A stretch of DNA of 64,000 nucleotides from Chrysomallon squamiferum (taxonomy: Eukaryota > Animalia > Mollusca): assembly GCA_012295275.1 (NCBI GenBank), contig CM022669.1, positions 3,410,001 through 3,474,000 on the forward strand. The letters are read 5' to 3'. Position 1 is the stretch's first letter. Each line of letters begins with the position of its first letter. Made by a program: the position numbers and the translations under genes. Below, piece by piece: positions 53,801 through 64,000 of this stretch. The notes below the pieces were generated by a model. That model made no database searches and had not been told where the DNA came from. It saw only the letters and a program-made list of their open reading frames with translations.

Positions 53801-56800
53801 TACTTTTAGGACCTCACCTAGGGTTAGGGTTAGGGTTAGTGCTAGGGTTAGTGTTAGGGTTAGCCTTAAAGCTAGGGTTACCTAAATTTTATTCGAGTTT
53901 AATGTTTATGTTACAAATAATATGAGCCTGGAGATTAGAAGTAGCGTTAGAATAAGAATTAATGTTCTGGACTAGTGTAGGATTCGTTTTAGAAGCTTAG
54001 CTAGGGTTAGGGTTAGGGTTAGGGTTAGGGTTAGCCTTAAAGCTAGGGTTACCTAAATTTTATTCGAGTTTAATGTTTATGTTAGAAATAATATGACCCT
54101 GGAGACTACATGTGGCCTTAGAACAAGAATTAATGTTCGGGACATCTGTTGGATTACTTTTAGAACCTGAGCTAGGTTCAGGGTTAGGGTTAGGATTAGG
54201 GTTAGGGTTAGGGTTAGCCTTAAAGCTAGGGTTACCTAAATTTTATTCGAGTTTAATGTTTATTTTAGAAATAATATGAACTGGAGATTACAAGTAGCCT
54301 TAGAATAAGAATTAATGTTCCGGACTAGTGTAGAATTCTTTTTTAGAAGCTTAGCTAGGGTTAGGGTTAGGGTTAGGGTTAGGGTTAGGGTTAGCCTTAA
54401 AGCTAGGGTTACCTAAATTTTATTCGAGTTTAATGCTTATCTGAGAAATAATATGACCCTGGAGATTGCAATTAGCCTTAGAATAAGAAGTAATGTTCCG
54501 GACTTCTGTTGGATTACTTTTAGAACCTGAGCTAGGGTTAGGGTTAGGGTTAGGGTTAGGGTTAGGGTTAGGGTTAGCCTTAAAGCTAGGGTTACCTAAA
54601 TTTTATTCGAGTTTAATGTTTATGTTAGAAATAATATGAGACTGGAGATTACAAGTACCCTTAGAAAAAGAATTAATGTTCCTTAGAATAAGAATTAATG
54701 TTGGATTACTTTTAGAACCTGAGCTAGGGTTAGGGTTAGGGTTAGGGTTAGGGTTAGCCTTAAAGCTAGGGTTACCTAAATTTTATTCGAGTTTAATGTT
54801 TATGTTACAAATAATATGAGCCTGGAGATTAGAAGTAGCGTTAGAATAAGAATTAATGTTCTGGACTAGTGTAGGATTCGTTTTAGAAGCTTAGCTAGGG
54901 TTAGGGTTAGGTTAGGGTTAGGGTTAGGGTTAGCCTTAAAGCTAGGGTTACCTAAATTTTATTCGAGTTTAATGTTTATTTTAGAAATAATATGAACCTG
55001 GAGACTACAAGTAGCCTTAGAATAAGAATTAATGTTCCGGACTTCTGTTGGATTACTTTTAGAACCTGAGCTAGGGTTAGGGTTAGGGTTAGGGTTAGGG
55101 TTAGGGTTAGCCTTAAAGCTAGGGTTACCTAAATTTTATTCGATTTTGATGCTTCTGTTACAAATAATATGATACTGGAGATTAGAAGTAGCGTTAGAAT
55201 AAGAATTAATATTCCGGACTAGTGTAGGATTAGTTTTAGAAGCTTAGCTAGGGTTAGGGTTAGGGTTAGGGTTAGGGTTAGGGTTAGGGTTAGGGTTAGC
55301 CTTAAAGCTAGGGTTACCTAAATTTTATTCGAGTTTAATGTTTATGTTAGGAATAATATGACCCTGGAGACTACATGTGGCCTTAGAACAAGAATTAATG
55401 TTCGGGACATCTGTTGGATTACTTTTAGAACCTGAGCTAGGTTCAGGGTTAGGGTTAGGATTAGCCTTAGAGCTAGGGTTACATAAATTTTGTTCGAGTT
55501 TGATGTTTCTGATAGAAATAATATGAGACTGGAGATTACAAGTACCCTTAGAAAAAGAATTAATGTTCCTAGCTTTTGTTGGATTACTTTTAGGACCTCA
55601 CCTAGGGTTAGGGTTAGGGTTAGTGCTAGGGTTAGTGTTAGGGTTAGCCTTAAAGCTAGGGTTACCTAAATTTTATTCGAGTTTAATGTTTATGTTACAA
55701 ATAATATGAGCCTGGAGATTAGAAGTAGCGTTAGAATAAGAATTAATGTTCTGGACTAGTGTAGGATTCGTTTTAGAAGCTTAGCTAGGGTTAGGGTTAG
55801 GGTTAGGGTTAGGGTTAGCCTTAAAGCTAGGGTTACCTAAATTTTATTCGAGTTTAATGTTTATGTTAGGAATAATATGACCCTGGAGACTACATGTGGC
55901 CTTAGAACAAGAATTAATGTTCGGGACATCTGTTGGATTACTTTTAGAACCTGAGCTAGGTTCAGGGTTAGGGTTAGGATTAGCCTTAGAGCTAGGGTTA
56001 CCTAAATTTTATTCGAGTTTAATGTTTATTTTAGAAATAATATGAACTGGAAATTACAAGTAGCCTTAGAATAAGAATTAATGTTCCGGACTTCTGTTGG
56101 ATTACTTTTAGAACCTGAGCTAGGGTTAGGGTTAGGGTTAGGGTTAGGTTAGGGTTAGGGTTAGCCTTAAAGCTAGGGTTACCTAAATTTTATTCGAGTT
56201 TAATGTTTATGTTACAAATAATATGAGCCTGGAGATTAGAAGTAGCGTTAGAATAAGAATTAATATTCCGGACTAGTGTAGGATTCGTTTTAGAAGCTTA
56301 GCTAGGGTTAGGGTTAGGGTTAGGGTTAGGGTTAGCCTTAAAGCTAGGGTTACCTAAATTTTATTCGAGTTTAATGTTTATGTTAGAAATAATATGACCC
56401 TGGAGACTACAAGTGGCCTTAGAATAAGAATTAATGTTCCGGACTTCTGTTGGATTACTTTTAGAACCTGAGCTAGGGTTAGGGTTAGGGTTAGGGTTAG
56501 GGTTAGGGTTAGCCTTAAAGCTAGGGTTACCTAAATTTTATTCGAGTTTAATGTTTATGTTAGAAATAATATGAACTGGAGATTACAAGTAGCCTTAGAA
56601 TAAGAATTAATGTTCCGGACTTCTGTTGGATTAGGGTTTTAGGGTTACCTTAGCTAGGGTTAGGGTTATTCGAGTTTAGGGTTAGGGTTAGGTGTTAGGG
56701 TTAGTTGGATTAGGGAAAAGCTTTAGGGTTACCTAAATAAATTTTATTCGATTTTGATGCTTCTGTTACAAATAATATGAGCCTGGAGATTAGAAGTAGC

Positions 56801-59800
56801 GTTAGAATAAGAATTAATATTCCGGACTAGTGTAGGATTAGTTTTAGAAGCTTAGCTAGGGTTAGGGTTAGGGTTAGGGTTAGGGTTAGGGTTAGCCTTA
56901 AAGCTAGGGTTACCTAAATTTTATTCGAGTTTAATGTTTATGTTAGAAATAATATGACCCTGGAGATTACAAGTAGCCTTAGAATAAGAATTAATGTTCC
57001 GGACTTCTGTTGGATTACTTTTAGAACCTGAGCTAGGGTTAGGGTTAGGGTTAGGGTTAGGTTAGGGTTAGCTAAATTAAAGCTAGGGTTACCTAAATTT
57101 TATTCGAGTTTAATGTTTATGTTAGAAATAATATGAACCCTGGAGACTACAATTGTAGCCTTAGAATAAGAATTAATGTTCCGGACTTCTGTTGGATTAC
57201 TTTTAGAACCTGAGCTAGGGTTAGGGTTAGGGTTAGGGTTAGGGTTAGGGTTAGGGTTAGCCTTAAAGCTAGGGTTACCTAAATTTTATTCGAGTTTAAT
57301 GTTTATTTTAGAAATAATATGAACTTGGAAACTACAGGTGGCCTTAGAATAAGAATTAATGTTCCGGACTTCTGTTGGATTACTTTTAGAACCTGAGCTA
57401 GGGTTACGGTTAGGGTTAGGGTTAGGGTTAGCCTTAAAGCTAGGGTTACCTAAATTTTATTCGATTTTGATGCTTCTGTTACAAATAATATGATACTGGA
57501 GATTAGAAGTAGCGTTAGAATAAGAATTAATATTCCGGACTAGTGTAGGATTAGTTTTAGAAGCTTAGCTAGGGTTAGGGTTAGGGTTAGGGTTAGGGTT
57601 AGGGTTAGGGTTAGGGTTAGCCTTAAAGCTAGGGTTACCTAAATTTTATTCGAGTTTAATGTTTATGTTAGGAATAATATGACCCTGGAGACTACATGTG
57701 GCCTTAGAACAAGAATTAATGTTCGGGACATCTGTTGGATTACTTTTAGAACCTGAGCTAGGTTCAGGGTTAGGGTTAGGATTAGCCTTAGAGCTAGGGT
57801 TACATAAATTTTGTTCGAGTTTGATGTTTCTGATAGAAATAATATGAGACTGGAGATTACAAGTACCCTTAGAAAAAGAATTAATGTTCCTAGCTTTTGT
57901 TGGATTACTTTTAGGACCTCACCTAGGGTTAGAGTTAGGGTTAGTGCTACGGTTAGTGTTAGGGTTAGCCTTAAAGCTAGGGTTACCTAAATTTTATTCG
58001 AGTTTAATGTTTATGTTACAAATAATATGAGCCTGGAGATTAGAAGTAGCGTTAGAATAAGAATTAATGTTCTGGACTAGTGTAGGATTCGTTTTAGAAG
58101 CTTAGCTAGGGTTAGGGTTAGGGTTAGGGTTAGGGTTAGGGTTAGGGTTAGCCTTAAAGCTAGGGTTACCTAAATTTTATTCGAGTTTAATGTTTATGTT
58201 AGGAATAATATGACCCTGGAGACTACATGTGGCCTTAGAACAAGAATTAATGTTCGGGACATCTGTTGGATTACTTTTAGAACCTGAGCTAGGTTCAGGG
58301 TTAGGGTTAGGATTAGCCTTAGAGCTAGGGTTACCTAAATTTTATTCGAGTTTAATGTTTATTTTAGAAATAATATGAACTTGGAAACTACAGGTGGCCT
58401 TAGAATAAGAATTAATGTTCCGGACTTCTGTTGGATTACTTTTAGAACCTGAGCTAGGGTTACGGTTAGGGTTAGGGTTAGGGTTAGGGTTAGCCTTAAA
58501 GCTAGGGTTACCTAAATTTTATTCGAGTTTGATGCTTCTGTTACAAATAATATGATACTGGAGATTAGAAGTAGCGTTAGAATAAGAATTAATATTCCGG
58601 ACTAGTGTAGGATTAGTTTTAGAAGCTTAGCTAGGGGGTTAGGGTTAGGGTTAGGGTAGGGTTAGGAGTTTAGCCTTAAAGCGCTAGGGTTACCTAAATT
58701 TTATTCGAGTTTAATGTTTATGTTAGGAATAATATGACCCTGGAGACTACATGTGGCCTTAGAACAAGAATTAATGTTCGGGACATCTGTTGGATTACTT
58801 TTAGAACCTGAGCTAGGTTCAGGGTTAGGGTTAGGATTAGCCTTAGAGCTAGGGTTACATAAATTTTGTTCGAGTTTGATGTTTCTGATAGAAATAATAT
58901 GAGACTGGAGATTACAAGTACCCTTAGAAAAAGAATTAATGTTCCTAGCTTTTGTTGGATTACTTTTAGGACCTCACCTAGGGTTAGGGTTAGGGTTAGT
59001 GCTAGGGTTAGTGTTAGGGTTAGCCTTAAAGCTAGGGTTACCTAAATTTTATTCGAGTTTAATGTTTATGTTACAAATAATATGAGCCTGGAGATTAGAA
59101 GTAGCGTTAGAATAAGAATTAATGTTCTGGACTAGTGTAGGATTCGTTTTAGAAGCTTAGCTAGGGTTAGGGTTAGGGTTAGGGTTAGGGTTAGGGTTAG
59201 CCTTAAAGCTAGGGTTACCTAAATTTTATTCGAGTTTAATGTTTATGTTAGAAATAATATGAACTTAGGAATAATATGACCCTGGAGACTACATGTGGCC
59301 TTAGAACAAGAATTAATGTTCGGGACATCTGTTGGATTACTTTTAGAACCTGAGCTAGGTTCAGGGTTAGGGTTAGGATTAGCCTTAAAGCTAGGGTTAC
59401 CTAAATTTTATTCGAGTTTAATGTTTATTTTAGAAATAATATGAACTTGGAAACTACAGGTGGCCTTAGAATAAGAATTAATGTTCCGGACTTCTGTTGG
59501 ATTACTTTTAGAACCTGAGCTAGGGTTACGGTTAGGGTTAGGGTTAGGGTTAGCCTTAAAGCTAGGGTTACCTAAATTTTATTCGAGTTTAATGTTTATG
59601 TTAGGAATAATATGACCCTGGAGACTACATGTGGCCTTAGAACAAGAATTAATGTTCGGGACATCTGTTGGATTACTTTTAGAACCTGAGCTAGGTTCAG
59701 GGTTAGGGTTAGGATTAGCGTTAGAATTAGGGTTAGAGCTAGGGTTAGTTAGAGCTAGGGTTACATAAATTTTGTTCGAGTTTGATGTTTCTGATAGAAA

Positions 59801-62800
59801 TAATATGAGACTGGAGATTACAAGTACCCTTAGAAAAAGAATTAATGTTCCTAGCTTTTGTTGGATTACTTTTAGGACCTCACCTAGGGTTAGGGTTAGG
59901 GTTAGTGCTAGGGTTAGTGTTAGGGTTAGCCTTAAAGCTAGGGTTACCTAAATTTTATTCGAGTTTAATGTTTATGTTACAAATAATATGAGCCTGGAGA
60001 TTAGAAGTAGCGTTAGAATAAGAATTAATGTTCTGGACTAGTGTAGGATTCGTTTTAGAAGCTTAGCTAGGGTTAGGGTTAGGGTTAGGGTTAGGGTTAG
60101 CCTTAAAGCTAGGGTTACCTAAATTTTATTCGAGTTTAATGTTTATTTTAGAAATAATATGAACCTGGAGACTGTAGGTGGCCTTAGAATAAGAATTAAT
60201 GTTCCGGACTTCTGTTGGATTACTTTTAGAACCTGAGCTAGGGTTACGGTTAGGGTTAGGGTTAGGGTTAGCCTTAAAGCTAGGGTTACCTAAATTTTAT
60301 TCGATTTTGATGCTTCTGTTACAAATAATATGATACTGGAGATTAGAAGTAGCGTTAGAATAAGAATTAATATTCCGGACTAGTGTAGGATTAGTTTTAG
60401 AAGCTTAGCTAGGGTTAGGGTTAGGGTTAGGGTTAGGGTTAGGGTTAGCCTTAAAGCTAGGGTTACCTAAATTTTATTCGAGTTTAATGTTTATGTTAGG
60501 AATAATATGACCCTGGAGACTACATGTGGCCTTAGAACAAGAATTAATGTTCGGGACATCTGTTGGATTACTTTTAGAACCTGAGCTAGGTTCAGGGTTA
60601 GGGTTAGGATTAGCCTTAGAGCTAGGGTTACATAAATTTTGTTCGAGTTTGATGTTTCTGATAGAAATAATATGAGACTGGAGATTACAAGTACCCTTAG
60701 AAAAAGAATTAATGTTCCTAGCTTTTGTTGGATTACTTTTAGGACCTCACCTAGGGTTAGGGTTAGGGTTAGTGCTAGGGTTAGTGTTAGGGTTAGCCTT
60801 AAAGCTAGGGTTACCTAAATTTTATTCGAGTTTAATGTTTATGTTACAAATAATATGAGCCTGGAGATTAGAAGTAGCGTTAGAATAAGAATTAATGTTC
60901 TGGACTAGTGTAGGATTCGTTTTAGAAGCTTAGCTAGGGTTAGGGTTAGGGTTAGGGTTAGGGTTAGCCTTAAAGCTAGGGTTACCTAAATTTTATTCGA
61001 GTTTAATGTTTATGTTAGAAATAATATGACCCTGGAGACTACATGTGGCCTTAGAACAAGAATTAATGTTCGGGACATCTGTTGGATTACTTTTAGAACC
61101 TGAGCTAGGTTCAGGGTTAGGGTTAGGGTTAGGGTTAGCCTTAGAGCTAGGGTTACCTAAATTTTATTCGAGTTTAATGTTTATTTTAGAAATAATATGA
61201 ACTGGAGATTACAAGTAGCCTTAGAATAAGAATTAATGTTCCGGACTTCTGTTGGATTACTTTTAGAACCTGAGCTAGGGTTAGGGTTAGGGTTAGGGTT
61301 AGGGTTAGCCTTAAAGCTAGGGTTACCTAAATTTTATTCGAGTTTAATGTTTATGTTAGGAATAATATGACCCTGGAGACTACATGTGGCCTTAGAACAA
61401 GAATTAATGTTCGGGACATCTGTTGGATTACTTTTAGAACCTGAGCTAGGTTCAGGGTTAGGGTTAGGATTAGCCTTAGAGCTAGGGTTACATAAATTTT
61501 GTTCGAGTTTGATGTTTCTGATAGAAATAATATGAGACTGGAGATTACAAGTACCCTTAGAAAAAGAATTAATGTTCCTAGCTTTTGTTGGATTACTTTT
61601 AGGACCTCACCTAGGGTTAGAGTTAGGGTTAGTGCTAGGGTTAGTGTTAGGGTTAGCCTTAAAGCTAGGGTTACCTAAATTTTATTCGAGTTTAATGTTT
61701 ATGTTACAAATAATATGAGCCTGGAGATTAGAAGTAGCGTTAGAATAAGAATTAATGTTCTGGACTAGTGTAGGATTCGTTTTAGAAGCTTAGCTAGGGT
61801 TAGGGTTAGGGTTAGGGTTAGGGTTAGCCTTAAAGCTAGGGTTACCTAAATTTTATTCGAGTTTAATGTTTATGTTAGGAATAATATGACCCTGGAGACT
61901 ACATGTGGCCTTAGAACAAGAATTAATGTTCGGGACATCTGTTGGATTACTTTTAGAACCTGAGCTAGGTTCAGGGTTAGGGTTAGGGTTAGGGTTAGCC
62001 TTAGAGCTAGGGTTACCTAAATTTTATTCGAGTTTAATGTTTATTTTAGAAATAATATGAACTTGGAAACTACAGGTGGCCTTAGAATAAGAATTAATGT
62101 TCCGGACTTCTGTTGGATTACTTTTAGAACCTGAGCTAGGGTTACGGTTAGGGTTAGGGTTAGGGTTAGCCTTAAAGCTAGGGTTACCTAAATTTTATTC
62201 GAGTTTAATGTTTATGTTACAAATAATATGATACTGGAGATTAGAAGTAGCGTTAGAATAAGAATTAATGTTCCGGACTTCTGTTGGATTACTTTTAGAA
62301 GCTTAGAAGAAGGGTTACTGGAGAAATTTAGAGAATAAGAATTAATTCCGGACTAGTGTAGGATTAGTTTTAGAAGTAGCCTTAGAATAAGAATTTTTCC
62401 TAGGTTGGATTAGGGTTAGGGTTAGGGTTAGGGTTAGGGTTAGGGTTAGCCTTAAAGCTAGGGTTACCTAAATTTTATTCGAGTTTAATGTTTATGTTAG
62501 GAATAATATGACCCTGGAGACTACATGTGGCCTTAGAACAAGAATTAATGTTCGGGACATCTGTTGGATTACTTTTAGAACCTGAGCTAGGTTCAGGGTT
62601 AGGGTTAGGATTAGCCTTAGAGCTAGGGTTACATAAATTTTGTTCGAGTTTGATGTTTCTGATAGAAATAATATGAGACTGGAGATTACAAGTACCCTTA
62701 GAAAAAGAATTAATGTTCCTAGCTTTTGTTGGATTACTTTTAGGACCTCACCTAGGGTTAGGTTAGGGTTAGTGCTAGGGTTAGTGTTAGGGTTAGCCTT

Positions 62801-64000
62801 AAAGCTAGGGTTACCTAAATTTTATTCGAGTTTAATGTTTATGTTACAAATAATATGAGCCTGGAGATTAGAAGTAGCGTTAGAATAAGAATTAATGTTC
62901 TGGACTAGTGTAGGATTCGTTTTAGAAGCTTAGCTAGGGTTAGGGTTAGGGTTAGGGTTAGGGTTAGCGTTAGGGTTAGGTTTAGGGTTAAGCCTTAAAG
63001 CTAGGGTTACCTAAATTTTATTCGAGTTTAATGTTTATGTTAGAAATAATATGACCCTGGAGACTACATGTGGCCTTAGAATAAGAATTAATGTTCGGGA
63101 CATCTGTTGGATTACTTTTTTAGAACCTGAGCTAGGGTTAGGGTTAGGTTAGGTTAGGTTAGGGTTAGGGTTAGGGTTAGCCTTAAAGCTAGGGTTACCT
63201 AAATTTTATTCGAGTTTAATGTTTATGTTACAAATAATATGAGCCTGGAGATTAGAAGTAGCGTTAGAATAAGAATTAATGTTCCGGACTAGTGTGTTGG
63301 ATTTTTAGAACCTGAGCTAGGGTTAGGGTTAGGGTTAGGGTTAGGGTTAGGGTTAGGGTTAGCCTTAAAGCTAGGGTTACCTAAATTTTATTCGAGTTTA
63401 ATGTTTATGTTAGGAATAATATGACCCTGGAGACTACATGTGGCCTTAGAACAAGAATTAATGTTCCGGACTTCTGTTGGATTACTTTTAGAACCTGAGC
63501 TAGGGTTAGGGTTAGGGTTAGGTTAGGGTTAGGGTTAGCCTTAAAGCTAGGGTTACCTAAATTTTATTCGAGTTTAATGTTTATGTTAGAAATAATATGA
63601 GCCTGGAGATTACAAGTAGCCTTAGAATAAGAATTAATGTTCCGGACTTCTGTTGGATTACTTTTAGAACCTGAGCTAGGGTTAGGGTTAGGGTTAGGGT
63701 TAGGATTAGTCTTAAAGCTAGGGTTACCTAAATTTTATTCGAGTTTAATGCTTATGTTAGAAATAATATGACTCTGAATATTACAAGTAGTCTGAGAATA
63801 AGAATTAATGTTTCGGACTTTGTAGGATTAGTTTTAGAAGCTTAGCTAGGGTCAGGGTTATTGTTAGGGTTAGGGTTATCCTTAAACCTAAGGTTACCTA
63901 AATTTTATTATGAGTTTTGTGCTTTTGTTAGATATAATATGAAGTTTATGATTACAGGTAGCCTTAGTATAAGAATTAATGTTGCGGACTAGTGTAGGAT
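50807..64000 (+). repeat. Tandem satellite array: ~141-bp AT-rich core plus (TTAGGG)4-7 per monomer (165-183 bp), with higher-order structure; runs to the window end
   Basis: The core GCCTTAAAGCTAGGGTTACCTAAATTTTATTCGAGTTTAATGTTTATGTTAGAAATAATATGACCCTGGAGATTACAAGTAGCCTTAGAATAAGAATTAATGTTCCGGACTTCTGTTGGATTACTTTTAGAACCTGAGCTA recurs continuously, separated by GGGTTA runs. Measured periods include 55299-55464 (165), 55464-55647 (183), 55647-55818 (171) and 56335-56512 (177). Confidence 0.98.

Noticed and set aside
56620-62410. Scrambled monomers at ~56620-56745, ~59710-59760 and ~62290-62410
   Set aside because: They are patchworks of monomer fragments typical of consensus errors in collapsed repeats, and cannot be treated as biological without raw reads.
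51595-62858. Short ORFs in the satellite (51595-51792, 62640-62858; LGLGLG-type)
   Set aside because: These are translations of TTAGGG-derived repeats with no coding signal.
50807-64000. Repeat-spacer appearance suggesting a CRISPR-like array, or a true telomere
   Set aside because: The intervening segments are near-identical copies of one core rather than unique spacers, there are no cas genes and the context is eukaryotic. TTAGGG runs never exceed about 8 units, so this is not a terminal telomere tract.

Overview
This is AT-rich, microsatellite-dense, intron-containing animal genomic DNA. It looks like a lophotrochozoan, probably a gastropod mollusc, but that taxon call is inference. I reconstructed five protein-coding genes by hand from GT-AG splice sites and reading frames: (1) a 24-exon pentameric-type thrombospondin (TSP-3/4/COMP-like) on the minus strand, 3425-22077, with one apparent extra base in exon 7; (2,3) two tandem single-coding-exon multiple-cysteine-cluster Toll-like receptors on the minus strand, 23459-26089 and 27276-30340, the second with a 1-nt frameshift in the TIR domain and a ~150-aa Ser/Thr-rich N-terminal extension; (4) a ~19-exon HAUS6 (augmin subunit 6) on the minus strand, ~33689-46101; (5) head-to-head with it, a ZIP1/2/3-type zinc transporter on the plus strand, 49272-50402. 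About 400 bp after the ZIP stop codon, a tandem satellite of at least 13 kb begins (50807 to the window end). Each monomer is a ~141-bp AT-rich core plus 4-7 TTAGGG telomeric units (165-183 bp in total). The core keeps a degenerate 6-bp TTA-phased register. The monomer variants form a ~6-mer (~1.05 kb) higher-order repeat, and older diverged monomers flank a homogenised centre on both sides. This telomere-derived, layered higher-order satellite is the most unusual structure in the window. No CRISPR, rRNA or tRNA genes and no autonomous transposon were recognised. Most short ORFs in the supplied track are microsatellite artefacts.
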